From: Azolla caroliniana | Lineage: Eukaryota; Plantae; Polypodiophyta | NCBI GenBank assembly: GCA_043228905.1 | Contig: JBHGNT010000002.1 | Span: 3,968,001-4,032,000 of the forward strand | Reading direction: 5' to 3' | DNA: 64,000 nucleotides | Part shown: positions 12,066 to 26,600 of the stretch, one piece after another | How the letters are laid out: each line of letters begins with the position of its first letter | Position numbering within the stretch: the first letter of the stretch is position 1 | Translations under genes and position numbers: made by a program | The notes under the pieces: generated by a model | What the model saw: the letters and a program-made list of their open reading frames with translations, nothing else | Told to the model about the DNA's origin: nothing | The model's database searches: none

Positions 12066-13179
12066 AAGGTGTGCAAGAGACGTACAATGGCAAAAGGTGA
12101 TGTGGTCATCTATTGTAGGCCGCCTAAATCGAAGCTAGAGCATCACCTCCCGACATTCTATCATCATCATTGATCCATTTCTATCTTATTGACCGATGTC
12201 CTGTTCTTGCCACACCATCTAACAAGGTTGAGGATTTTATCCATAGTTGTCTCTTGAAATCTGGACGTTTAGAAATTACTGGCATAGGGTAGTTTGTTGT
12301 TAAATTAATATGTATTTTTCCCTTTAGCTTTTGAAATTAATGGGTTGAGGATTTTCTCAAAAATCTACGAACCAATATTTCTTGTATTTGGGAAAACAAA
12401 TGGAATTGTAAACTAGGTTCATCCGATTCGTTATCAAACAAGGATCACAGAAGAATTTTCGGCTTCGGAGATATGTGCACGGAGCGAGACTTAAATTTTG
12501 GTGGAAGACAGATTCTAGATCTACAAATCAAATTGTTCGAGATGTCAACCACCTTTAGGTTTCTGTAAGGTTCGTGACAAAAAGAAAATAAAAATTGGGC
12601 TCAAGAATGAAAGTTACTAGAAGAGTAGTTACAAAGACAATAACGAGGCATCGAGAGTCAAACCTGCTGCACAGAGGGCAAGACCCGACATGACTTGACC
12701 TAACCAAACCAGACCAAACCAGACTTGACTAGTCACTAGACTATGGGTTTGATACATTGAAACCATACATACCATGGTCACAACGCCGTGTGGCGGGCGG
12801 GCATATCTATTCATACGTACATATATACGTACGTACGTACATATTTAGGGATTAAAAGAGATTGAAGTGTTGGGCTTCTGAAAGAAGGAAGAAAAGAAAC
12901 TGTAAAAGGAGGGAAAAACCAAACAAATTCAAACAAACAACAACACTACAAAAAACCAAACAAATTCAAACAACCACAACACTACAGTCTACATTGTACA
13001 ACAATAATAGACATAATAATAAATAATAATAGTAGAAATTAAAAAAAAAAAAATTAGAAATAAAAAAGTAATAATAAAGATAAACATAATATTAACAGTG
13101 TTGATGATAATAGTAGAAATAAAAACATTTAATTGTAAAAGAAAACATAATATTAATAGAAGTAGTAATAATAAAAAAA

Positions 13180-13660
13180 ATAAAAAATTAGAAATAAAAA
13201 AGATTAATAAAAAATAGAAATAAGAATGATCAATAAAGAATTAGAAATAAAAATGATTAATAAAAAATTAGAAATATGAATGATCAATAAAGAATTAGAA
13301 ATAAAAATGATTAATAAAAAATTAGAAATAAGAATGATAAAGAATTAGAAATAAAAATGATTAATAAAAAATTAGAAATAAGAATGATCAATAAAGAATT
13401 AGAAATAAAAATAATTAATAAAAAATTAAGAATAAAAATAATTAATAAAAAATGAGAAATAAAAATAATTAATAAAGAATTAGAAAACAAAATAATTAAT
13501 AAAGAATTAGAAATCAAAATAATTAATAAAGAATTAGAAAACAAAATAATTAATAAAGAATTAGAAATCAAAATAAGTAATAAAGAATTAGAAATCAAAA
13601 TAATTAATAAAGAATTAGAAATCAAAATAAGTAATAAAGAATTAGAAATAAGAAAGATTA
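13180..13660. repeat. AT-rich ~30-bp minisatellite immediately upstream of APC10
   Basis: Unit ~aataaagaattagaaat(a/c)aaaataatt repeated about 15 times. Confidence 0.88.
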
Positions 13661-13729
13661 ATGAAAAAGATAATAACAATTATTATTATTATTATTATTT
13701 GTATTTTTTGTTCTGCTCTGGTTTTCCTC

Positions 13730-13765
<36 letters not shown>

Positions 13766-13783
13766 GGAGCTAGAGCGATAGCG

Positions 13784-16700
13784 ATGGCGATGGCGATGGC
13801 GATGGCCGAAGAAGGATCAGAGCGGGAAGACGAGAGCGAGAAGCGTGAGATCGGGAAGCTCGCAGTCTGGAGCGTCAGCTCTGCTAAGCCTGGCAATGGC
13901 GTCGATCTCCTTCGTGATTCCAACCTCGAGACTTATTGGCAGTAAGCACGAGAAACCCTAGCAATACACACTGATTCCTATTATCTTTTCTTTTCTCCCT
14001 CCTTTTACTGGATTCTCTGTGCTCCCCTCTTTTTTCTGTTTTTTTCGAAACTTACTGCCAGGAACAAGAAAACCCCCAAAAAAGAACCGATTTTACTTCA
14101 TGTTTTCTTTTGTTTTCTGGTTTTAGATCTGTGTGTTTTTGAAACATACTGGCAGTAAGAAGAAAAGCACATAGCCGCTAACAAGACTCCTAATCCCTTT
14201 ATTTTCTCTGTTATTTTATGTTATGTCTATTTTCGAGAGTTATGGAGGTAAGAAAGTGAACGCTAAAGTCTGATATAATCCTAATTCCTTTATCTTTTCT
14301 GTTTCCTCAGAAGCTCTCAAGATGTTTTATCTTTGGATAATTGAGATACATGCTATAGATATACATGGATTCCCCTAAATAATAGAGGCAAAAAATTCAA
14401 TACTGATAGAGACGAGACAAATAGAGGTGAGATGAATTGGGCCAGTGTTGAGATGGATGTACCCTAACTGTTTGGAGATTGTGAGGTGTTGGTTTGATAC
14501 ACCGTATGTTAAAGTATAAGGATTTGGAGAGGTTAAATAGCTTACAACTAGGTTGGGCCCATTAATATTACAAGTAAAAAAGGAAATAAGCATAAGGGAG
14601 ATGGATAGAGAAATATATAGATGTAGAAAAGTAATTTCAACATATTGAGATGAATTCTTGATTGCCCACTGGTAAAATTCATTTTGTTTCAAAGAAATGT
14701 CTTCTATGCTGAGATTGATCTATTTTCGCTGTATTTTTTATCTTTCTCTTATCTTTTATGCTCTCAATTCCGTATAGGATTGCTCAACGATAAATGCTTG
14801 GTTTCGACCTGATGAATCAACATAAATCCTGTTGTACGTCTTTTTTAATGTTTTTGTTTTGTGCAGTCTTATAACCCATTACCTTTCCAACTTTTAAATT
14901 CTAATGCTTCTTTTTAGGTCAGATGGTGCCCAACCTCACCTTGTCAACATCCAGTTCCAAAAGAAAGTTCGCTTGCAGGTGTTTTTCCTCTTCTTTTGCA
15001 TCCTTCGAATTCGATATACAAAAACCATCTCATCATTACAAAAAAAGAAGACCATGATATCTTGCCAAATGCATTTGTATAACATAAATCAAATTGCTCC
15101 CTTTTGTGTTTTGTACATTTGTTTTCTCAATCAATTTGATCTCATTTGACTTTGTTCTTGTGTCTTCTTTTGAAAAATAAATGAATATGCTCGTTTTTTG
15201 TTTTAGTACACGTGCTCTCAAAACATCAATTGTCTTTGTACATGTGTTTTCTGGACTGTGAATGAACTTGCTCCCTTTTTCTTTGAGTGTGCATTTTCAA
15301 AACATAAATATCGTGCTCTGTTGTGAAATTCTAGATTCTTTTTTAAGATATAGATCAATTTCTTTCTTATGAAACTGTACATGTACTTTTGAAACATAAG
15401 TCAATAGCCCCTGCTTTTTTCATATAATTTTGACATAGCTATAAATTCATGTTCAAGTAATGCCATAAAATCATGCGCTGCTGAATTTGCACATGCATTT
15501 TCAAACATAAAAGAAATTGCTCAATCATATGGTGATTATCTTTATTGCATAGTTTTGGACTTAACTCTTTGCTCTTTCAATGCACATAATCATTTGTTAC
15601 TTTCCATGTGATGGTGTTTTTTTCTGTTCAAAACCAAAGTTAATCATGATAATGCAATGATTTGTAACATGTCACGTAGTTTTGGACTTCCATATGATTG
15701 TACTGATATTTTTTCCATTGACATGTCAAACAAAAGTTAATCACGAAATCTTCAATGTAGAGGATGGCACCACATATGAAGAAATAGAACACTAAAGTTC
15801 ATCCATTAGCATCATTCAAATGCTCATGGCTTTTTATGCATATATATCAATACCATATAATCCATTAGGTGTTCTCCACTGCCATTAGATCAACATCGCT
15901 TTGCATCTAATGCATAAGAATAATCATATTAAGTCCTCGAGATGTGATGTATAACGCCTTCATATTTATACTGCAGCAACTTGCGATTTATGTAGACTTC
16001 AAGCATGATGAGAGCTACACTCCCAATAAAATATCAGTTCGAGCTGGGAATTCATTTCATGATTTGAGGGTATGCCTGTTTTTTTATACAGTGCATATTT
16101 CATGATTCGAGTGTATGAATATCTGTCGTGTGTATATTAACTTGAAAGTAAAAATCATATTTCTTTTTGGTTGCGTTCAGGAAATAAAACAGGTTGAATT
16201 GATTGAACCTGTTGGATGGGTTCGTGTTTCTTTATCCCCAAACGATTCTATGTAAGTATTTTAATGTCTATAATGAATGTCCTTCTCTAAAGTCTGTATG
16301 GATGTGCTATAATAGAGTATGGAGTAGTGTTCTACATTTGACATGTTACATTAGACTTTTAGATACTCAATTAAGGGATTGAAAAATTAAGGGATAGAAT
16401 TAGTTAACCTGGAGTGTTATAATCATTCTTTTTGTGGAACCGAAAAATTGCAACTCCAGGGCAAGCAGATGCCGACGAAGCTGAATTGAGAATGTTGCCT
16501 TGAGTATTATAACTGTAAAACAGAATACAATGGACACAAACCTTAACCCTAACTTAACATCTCTAAGGGGCCCAAATTGTCTATGAGACAGACTGAGATA
16601 TCACATCTGAAAATGTTGTTTCTTCTTGGAGAATAAACCAAAATAAATGGAACTAGATTAGTGAAACTACCAAAGGTAATAAATATTCCTCCCTGCCAAG

Positions 16701-18677
16701 TTCATATTTTATTGTAAGCTTATATCAACTGAAACTTCTGCCTTTGAAAGGTCCCCAATGTGGGCTGATCCCAGCCAAGTCCATAACATTGTGAGCTTAC
16801 ATGGATTGAAACTTCTGCCTGATGGACTGATCCAAGATTGCGATATCACCAAATCAAGGGACACATATTTGGTGTTGGATGATAATGGCCTTGATTTGTC
16901 AATAAAATGGAGTTAGGACTGGGGTCTTGATGGATTTTTCGTATGTGCATTGAAAATTACTGTTGGTTGCTATGTTGTAATCCCTTTTGAATGTTGTGAC
17001 AAGATCCTACTTGTGTAGCTCATGACTGAATTGACCTATGGCATGGGAGAGAGGGAGTGATGCTGCTAAAGAAGGTTATGCTGGCTCTCTGCTGATAGTG
17101 TTTGTGGCCATAATCTTATCGTTCAACCATTTCTCACTGTCTGTTGATTTCTAACAAGAACAATATCATTTCTGAAGTATTGCTGGTCTATATATTCAAT
17201 TACCTCATGGGGAATGGGCTCTCCCTTTATAAAAACAACTACAATGGCAAACTTAATACATATTTGGTTCGACAACCCAAAGACACATGACAGATCCATT
17301 CCCATTCTCTTTTGTCCATATTTACCTGTCTCAATCTCTCACTGATCCTGAGCTTCTTACCACACTGGAGTGCATAAGAGAGACATGTATCCATTCCATG
17401 ACAAGTATAAAAAAAGGGTTTTATTGTAGACTTGCAGGGTGGGTCTGAAGAGGTAGTGATAGCTCTCCCTTGGTGTTCCTTAGGTTGAACATCGCAATGA
17501 CACAATTGGCAGTCCTGAGCTTTTCATTTATATTTGCTTGTCTCAAATCCCTAACTGATCCTGAGCTTCCTTATCATACTAAGGAATGCCCAAGAGATGT
17601 GTATCCATATATCAGGAGGATGATCAGAATTAAGTATAAAAATTAGGGCATTCTAGTGGACCCTCTTCTGAGCAAGCATTATTATGGGCTCATCCACGTT
17701 CTTTCATTAATAAATTAATGATATATATTCTGGTCACCCTATTCTTTTTCACTTTGGTCATGTCCATATCTGGACAATCTAAACTAAACTGGAACTGGGG
17801 TAGTACTTATCTTTACAATCTTTCATTGGGACAATTCCTGCATATAGCATACCAACGATAAGCTTTTCCTTGTTCTGCCAACTTTTTTAATGACACAGGT
17901 GCTAATCGAGGCAATCTGTAGTATTGTTTTAATGACACTTGTACTAACATAACTAGCAAGTTTTCTAAAAGATATGATCAATTGAAAGTTAATGCAATGT
18001 GTAACTCTAGGTCAACAAATCTGTCCAATTGTGTAAATATTATCATATTCTATTTTTGTTGGTCAATTTAAGACCTAGAAGAAGATCAAATAATTAAATT
18101 GTGAATTCACATGTATTCAATCAAATCTTACTAAGAACTTTTGATTTCAAAGTATGCATTTGATTAACTTTGGTTTCAATGGCTCTGATCACCTCACATG
18201 CATTAGAATGGAAAAACCAAAATAACCCTAACTTGCTGGGGATCCATCAAATAACCCAAAATTTTCAAAGCTATTAGAGTGTCTTTACTGTTCTTGAAAT
18301 ACCCCAAAAATGCAGGATATTTGGGTGGTTTTATGTTTATAAAGTTTTACATTTGATGAAACTTGGGATTCAATGGACAGTGAAATTCTTCGGGCATTTC
18401 TAGTTCAACTTGCAGTTCTATCAAATCATCAAAATGGGCGGGATACTCACATTCGCCAGATCAAAATCTATGGTCCACGACAGTAAGTCGATGTGTTCTT
18501 ACAATTAGTAGTATTTTGGTGTTTTTCTGTAACTTCCAAAGGCACCATTGTTAAAGTGAATACACTATTTGGGTTAAAATAACTTCACTTGTTTATTATA
18601 AATGCAGACGGTCTGTAATAGGTCAACAATTCGAATTCACATCACCTGATTTCATCATGTATTCAACGGTACGATAA
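13784..18677 (+). CDS. APC10: Anaphase-promoting complex subunit 10 (DOC1), 6 exons
   Basis: Exons 13784-13941, 14918-14978, 15977-16069, 16181-16251, 18381-18482, 18608-18677, all GT-AG and in phase. Translation includes [76 protein letters not shown] and the C-terminal ..STVR (IR-tail-like). The start could be any of ATG 13784/13790/13796/13802. Confidence 0.96.
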
Positions 18678-19357
18678 AAGCAAGAAATTTTGATATTATA
18701 AGCATTGTGTATTTCATTACATACTGGGGACTATGCGCTGGAAGCAAGAAATGTCGAGTTTTACTGGCATGTTTGCAGAAAATGTATTTGAATAAATCCC
18801 TAGAATTTCTTGAGTGGGAGTGTAAAATGGGTGGCTCATACTTCAAAACCAAATGAATCTTAAAGAGAACCTAGGGATGGCATCTTGTGAAAAACTAGGC
18901 GTAATTTTTGTGATTTTCCTTGTAAAAAATATGAAGGTAATTAGCAGTACCAAACTAAGAGCAAATGAAAAAGCCAGATTTATTGTCCAATTCCTCGATA
19001 AAAATGTTATGGTTTACTCATGAAGAAAAAGCTTATTGTCATCTACTTAATGTTGACATGATTGTCATGATTAATGTTGTGCAAGCCTAAGATGTAGAAT
19101 TATGGACAATAAGTTAATCTTGTGGGCAAATGATGTCAACTTTGGATTGTACAGCTACTGTGTAACCAGAAAAATGTATAATTTTGTTGCCAGAAGACCT
19201 GTTATAATTTCTCATTGTCAATGGATTATATTGTTAGCTTGTTTATATATGTAATTCAGGGAAAATGTCTTCATTGTGTAAGAGTAAGTCGTAGAATTAT
19301 GAAGTTACTAGGAGAAAGAAGATGAAAGGTATACTTTTGTTGTTAAAGGACCCATTG

Positions 19358-20110
19358 ATGTTTTTCATTTTCAGTGGATTATGTCGTAAGCTCCCTGATA
19401 AATTATATATTGTGAAGACGTCTTCAATGCTTTCAGTCAAAGAAAATAGTGTACCTAGAATAATTTAGATAAAAATGTCCTCTCACCATGAAACAAAGAA
19501 GGCTCATACTTAATCCTGCATTATTGCAAACAGATCAAGAAAAGAAATGTCAAATGCAATTTGCAACCATTTGCACATTTGCACATGCTACAGAAAGTAA
19601 ACAATCTTGTTTGAGCAAGCAAGGGGTACATGTTCCAATATTATAAAGAATAGTAAATAATCAGGGTTAAACCATCTACAAGGAAAATGCATCTTTGTCT
19701 CTAAATGAACAACCAAACTCTTTGTGCCAAGTATGTTTTTCATTTTCAGTGGATTATATCGTAAGCTCCCTGATAAATTATATATTGTGAAGACGTCTTC
19801 AATGCTTTCAGTCAAAGAAAATAGTGTACCTAGAATAATTTAGATAAAAATGTCCTCTCACCATGAAACAAAGAAGGCTCATACTTAATCCTGCATTATT
19901 GCAAACAGATCAAGAAAAGAAATGTCAAATGCAATTTGCAACCATTTGCACATTTGCACATGCTACAGAAAGTAAACAATCTTGTTTGAGCAAGCAAGGG
20001 GTACATGTTCCAATATTATAAAGAATAGTAAATAATCAGGGTTAAACCATCTACAAGGAAAATGCATCTTTGTCTCTAAATGAACAACCAAACTCTTTGT
20101 GCCAAGTATG
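19358..20110. repeat. Near-perfect 375-bp tandem duplication
   Basis: 19358-19732 matches 19733-20107 with one difference seen (atgtcg vs atatcg); ATG microhomology at the junctions. Confidence 0.93.
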
Positions 20111-20844
20111 GTGCAAATGTTGTCAATGTTGCTATTGGCTGCTGCCCTTTGTGTCAATCTTGTTGGCTTAAGTATTTATCCTCTCCAGCATAGTGAATCA
20201 AATGTGGGCAGTCTACCCAATGCCTATATTATCACAATCTTGTGATCCACTTTGTTATTGTGCGGCCTCTTTGATCCGGGTTAAATTTTTTATGGACAAT
20301 GACTTTCACATCTTTGGCAACAAAGTGAATATATTTTGTGTCTTGTTTTCAAGGTTAATCAGTCATCAATCTATATACTCCCATGCTTGGGAATTGCTAT
20401 TGATTGTCTTCAAGATTTAAAAGCATACAAAATATACACAGAAAACTATGTTGTTGCGATTTGACATGGGAACACTACATCATCATCCGAGCGTTGTAGG
20501 CAACAATGGTAGTCGTGGTCTTGGTGGCGCACTTGACTCACCTTCACCGGAAACTCCATAGCATCACTTTTGTTCGTTTTGTTTTCATTTGTGCTATAAT
20601 CGTAGGATCATTTTGTAAAAACCCACCAAAATCGTGGTACTCTAGCTCTAATTGTTGTAAAGCCTAATTTGTAAAGAGATCCTTGTATATTTTTGGTCAC
20701 ATTTTGTCTTAATCTCTTGTACATTCCCTTAATAGTGTATTTCGATCTTAATCAAGGTTTAATCTTGTTACAAGTGATGGATGCTGATATGGTAGATGAA
20801 CAATCTCCATGCCAAAGCTATTTGAGCAGCAATGATAATTGAAC

Positions 20845-20923
20845 AGTCTCCATGTCAATGTGACTACATTTACCAACTCGGATAAGAAGTCTCCATGTCA
20901 ATGTGACTGCATTTACCAACTCG
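20845..20923. repeat. 42-bp-period tandem duplication
   Basis: agtctccatgtcaatgtgact(a/g)catttaccaactcg occurs twice. Confidence 0.8.
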
Positions 20924-22753
20924 ATTTTCTTATCCTCAATGATGGAAGTTGACATGATAAACGAACATATGATTATGTTCATGTGGTGTGACAACTCTAT
21001 ATGGTTCATTTGCATGGTAGTACCAACATGCTAGGACATGTATTAGGCATCTCCTTGAATTAATGTCCCTAGAAGTTTGGGGTATGCCCGTGTGTTTTAA
21101 CAAGAACACTAAAAATATGTAAATGTCTTTTGATGTTCTTTTTCTTTAGGTACGATATGGCCTCTATTAGGTTGTTTTCATTACATAGTAATTTCTTTTT
21201 AATTTTTGTACATTACCACATTCTTGAAACGGTATATAATGCTAGTTGTGGGAATGGATAATATACTTGGGGGTTCCCGAAAATCGAAAATCACAAATTG
21301 AAAAGCTCATAAAGTTCCAAACATTGAAATAGTGCCTTTACTTACGCATATAGTAACCGCATTTCAATTACGCCATTGGCTTTTTCACTAGCCTACATTC
21401 AAATCATACTTATGGTACATTCTTTTTGTTTCTAATTTGGTTCTCACTCCTAGCATGGCAACGTGGTTAAAGTCACGCCAAATTGAAGTGTACCCTCGGA
21501 TCAAACATTAAAAAATGTTGAGTAAGTGAACAAAGTTCCGCTAAATAAGTAAAGAGATTACTTAGGAGAAGAAGCAAACATTGCACAAAATATAAATAGT
21601 CTTATTTGTATCTTTCCCATGCCATCAAGCATTAAAGTGTACGTTTCAGAACGATTACTTGCTCTCTTTTGTGGACTTATTGAAGCTCTCATGGATGATG
21701 AATCACCCTAAAATATGCTCTAAAATAGCAAATTTTAATAACGATGACCACACAGTTTTGAGGTAGGGGGAGCCTAACTCTCATGAACAATAAACTATGA
21801 TTGAACATATATCTCAATTTGGTACTTAGTTTTCCTACCTACACATAAGCTTTTACGCTACCCCCATAATCATCCAACCACATCAAAGAAATACATCTTG
21901 CATGCCTAGGAAATATTTAAAAATATTCATGTTGTTTGCATTGCATGCAACATGTGTTGCTTCATGAACACAATGCTACAAGACAACTTTACCACGAAAG
22001 TTTGGGATTGTGATTCAAAGAATTCACAAATATTGATGTGATATTTCATGTTTGGTTCAAATTTAGAAGATAAAAACACAAATTATTTATATTTATTAGG
22101 CCATATCCATAACCCCTTTTTCAAGAAATAACTAGACATTACGTGCTAAAACACGATATCAAAGCGTAATTTGACTTTACATATTCATTAAGAATCATGC
22201 TTACATACAACGTGTACAAATGTGATGGTATACTAGTAAAAGCTTACGCTTTATAACATCAAGGTCGGAAGTAATGGCTACAAATAATTTCTCTAACAAT
22301 TAGTGAACACTTTTCTCCTAAACAAATGACTTTACAACGTAGATCAAAGAGTTGAAATCAAATAGTTGTGTGTTACAAAACGTAAGCTAACAAAGGGCTT
22401 GTGTAAGATCAATAGCCATCCATAGTACATATATTTTAAATCGATAAGAATGTATAACATTTAGACATATTTAGAAACCTTAACCTCATGGAAGTTCATG
22501 TTGTTGGAATTTGCAAAGAGTTTTTTTCAGTATTAAATCACTTGGTCTCCATAGAAAATGTCATTGGGACCAAGAAATACATTGAAGATTCACTTGGCCA
22601 AGGGTGTTGCCAAGTGAGGAATCACAAGATTGGGAATGACCATCTAGACAGGTTACTGATTTCAGACTAATTACATCAAGCATAAACTGCCAAAGAATTA
22701 AACCATTTAATATTGGCAAATGTGCCAACCCAATACAAACATTACACACACAC

Positions 22754-22790
<37 letters not shown>

Positions 22791-23676
22791 CATTGAAGCA
22801 AACAATGACAAAAAGCTAATGGGCATTTGTTTTCCTTCCAAGAAACACTCCTCCATTGAAGCTCTTCAATTGGAGTCGAGCAAGGGCATGAGAGAAACCT
22901 TCTCCTGCTCCTTTTGTACTATCTTTTTCCCCCTTTACAAACTCCATTATATGTGGCATCACAAAAGAAGTGTTTATTGTTTTTTTTGCTTTTCTTTTTT
23001 ATCGTTATTTATTGGGATCGGAGATTTATACCCCTTTAAGCTCCTCTTGAGATTAATTTTGTTCTTTTGGGCAAAATAAGAACTCTTTTTCCAAAACGCC
23101 ATGGTAGCTCTTTGTATGTGTGTGTCTTATAACTAGCTTGGGATTTTTGTAATCCCAAAGAAACTTGTTCATCCAAAACACGCCACAACTTGGTTATCAA
23201 ATTCTCGGGGGTGTAAACAAATGTAATGTTATTTTTTTGTTTCTATTTGTTTGTTGTTGGACAATTTAATAGCATCCCTTATACCACTCTAAGCCCTTTG
23301 TGCAAATCTTCTCCAATGAACTTAGCATAGTAACCTAATCTTTTAACTCTAGATAAGTTGGAAAGGATAAATTCTAAATGCTCAACTTGTATCTTAATCT
23401 CCTAGTAAGATTCATCACATCCCCAACAGAAGATCTTAAGGTTGACCATACAAAAAATAGGCATATCCAATGAATTTTCATTGCTTATGAAGCCAACCAA
23501 ATAACTTATTAAGCCTATACTCGACCTTACAATTCCATGTCCCATAAGATCAATGTCATTTGTTGGAGTTTATAACCTTTCAAACAAGATTAGCTTTTGC
23601 ATACCTCATCATTAACCATATTGGGTAGAAAATAAACAAGATCTAGTTGTGTAGATCCCTAGTAAGAGTTGTGATA

Positions 23677-26600
23677 ATGCATCCAACAAGGAATTGTGGT
23701 CCTAAAACACAAGGAAAATGGCCATTGAAATGCGAGAGCCATTCGCCACTCGACAACATCGACCATAACAAGAGAAGCTTAGATGAGGACCTCGCTTTGT
23801 TCCATGACATGAGAAGAAATGAGAACAAAAACTTTCTCCATCCTTCGAATGATGATATCGATGCTTCATTAAGTGAGTCTACATTATAATCCTCAAATAG
23901 ACATGATGTGTTAATATGCATGCATGTAAATGTAATAGATTATATCACATTACATTATGCATAGAGAACATTCTGCACAAAATAAATGCCAATGTGAATA
24001 CACATTGCATGTATTATGTAAGGTTGTAAATAATACGTCAAATTTGTGTAGATTTAAATGACATGTAATTCATGAATGTAAGAGCTGTATTAGAGTGACA
24101 AAGCATCAAATTTGTTTTAACACTTTCTTTAGAGAGTAAATTTGGAGGTCTCACTGGCTTCATTAGTTCTCCTTCATCGACACCCCCTTGGGTTAAAGGA
24201 AATGATCTTCTTGCAACCGACGCCGGAAAAAATGATTATGATTGGTGAGTGTTCATATTTTGTCGTATAAGGCTATATTCATTAAATTTGTGCTTACTTA
24301 AATTCAATAATCACTTTTAAATTTGCAAGCTCGTTTGCTTTAAACATGCACACACACACACACACACACACAATGAATTCACCTAAACAAGCACAAGGAT
24401 TCAAACCTTTTTTGCCTATTGAGTAACTGAGAAGTTTCTTATTGCGGGAATTTATGAATTGTGACTTCAATCAAAATAACCGAGAGCGAGTAATGGCATG
24501 GAAATGCAAGTGGCCATGTTGTCGTGAAGCAATTGCTTCACGATATATGTATTGAGCACGAACTGTACAACTACGTATTTGGGAAGAATTGCACAACCAT
24601 GATATACTGATGATTAGGCATTTAACTAGAGTGGTTTTCCATACCACTAGCTAGCTAGGTCAACCTCCCATACACAAGCTCATATTAAAACGTTATGCAT
24701 TATGGGAAACATAAGGGAAAGTGAGAATTTCTTTACCACATGGGGTCTTGTCTTTTCCTCTTGGGAAATGTGTCTTAAACTTTTGTGTGAATGCTTATTT
24801 GACCTAAATCATTGTTGCATTTAATGTAGGCTTCTAACACCCCCAGAGACTCCATTGTTTCCATCGCTCGACAAAGAAGCGCCTTTGGAGCATGTGGAAC
24901 CAATACTCACATGCATTACTCAACCTTCAAGAGTAAGCCAATTTTTCTTGTATTTTACCCTAATATATCTGATAAAAAAATGCTTCCACTATCTAAAAAA
25001 GAAGATACATCACCCAAGAGGGGACAATTGATAGAGACAAAGGGTATAACATAATCGTGCCTCACGCAATAAGAACATCATAGCTAATAAAAGCGTCCTA
25101 ATTATCTCTATAACTAGGAGGGAACTTATTCTACACATATGTAAAATTTCAAACAATTGTAATGCCAAATGGTTGCAGATACCAAGACCAAACACGCGAG
25201 AGATGCAAAATAAAACACGCCCTCCCACACCACCAAGTACAAGAACCACATTTACACAACGAAACCAAAATTCAATATTCATAAGACAAGGAGCGACAAC
25301 ACAGTTGAACCCTTCAAGGGAAGATTTAAGCCCAATGCTAATAAATGTTAGACCACCTACACCAACAAGGACATTATCAAGGTCATCCACAAGCATGAAT
25401 AGAGCATCATCTGCAAGGTTATCGCCTACAATATTGCGAAGAATGAATACATCCCCAAGTTCTCGATCATTTTCTACTGAGAGAAATAATGTTGCCTCTA
25501 CACCTAGAGGAGTAACTAATCTAAGAGGTCCAAAAAATCACGCATGGCAATCACCCGAACTTGGATTCTCTAGTGCAGAGCCTCCTCCAAATTTACGCAC
25601 ATCCTTCTCAGATAGACCATTATCAAACTCTAGAGGATCAACATTAAATTCAAGGTCTGGTACTCCTAGGTACTCTTCTGGATGTAGAGTTAATGCTACC
25701 TCGGTATTAAGTAGCCAAGAGTATTGGAGCACTAAAGGGTCTTGTATAATATATTCATCTGACGATGGTGGAACTGACATCACAAATGCGAAACCACATT
25801 TTCATGACTTCAACATGAGGTTAGGTCCATTCTGCTCCAAGGAGGAGCATACTAAACCAATAAGCCGATTATCGTCGGATAATCATGAAGTAAGGGACAT
25901 ATGTCGTCCAACCGTAAAACAACATAAAAAGTCTAATAGCTCCGTGGAAACTTCAAGTAATTTCCTTGGTGCTTCAGTAAAGAAGTCCCTCATGGAGATG
26001 CCATCCATGGTAAGTTATTTTGTGGAGCTCATAATGTTGAATATTGTAGGGAAATTTGACAGGCAATTTGGGCTCATATTTCCCTCGAGGGAAAAAGAAA
26101 TTGGGTTAGCTTTCTTTTTGTGTTTGTTTATTGGAAACAAACTATGGTATCTCTTAGCACTAGATCATTATAGGAAAGTTTAAAAAGAAAAGAAGGAAAA
26201 GATCATGTTTTTAATTGTTTTCTTAACCTTACAATCACCATTTACGCAGAAAAGCTCACCCAAAAAACTAGGAAAGCCAAAAAAGCTCACCAAATAAAAC
26301 TCTCTTTCCCCCATGGCAAAATATGTCTAAACCTTCTTGTGAGTACATGTTATAACTATTATCAACTTAATTAGGAAGTAACTCAATTCCTTAAGCTTTA
26401 AATGTAGGGGAGCCATCATCGTCAACAATCTATTTCTCAAATATTATCGTGCCCTATTTTATCTAATGATGAAGAGGAGCAAAGGATGCAGAGTCGACCC
26501 ATTATCAATGTGAATGGGACCATTAGGATGAGTTTGGAATACATGGACAAACGGAATGGTCACATTGATAGATTCAACTCTAACAATGTAAACGTTGATA

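Noticed and set aside
17123-17305. Peptide [21 protein letters not shown] in APC10 intron 4, faintly GST-N-like
   Set aside because: Too short, lacks the ES motif, and has no flanking GST exons; likely chance.
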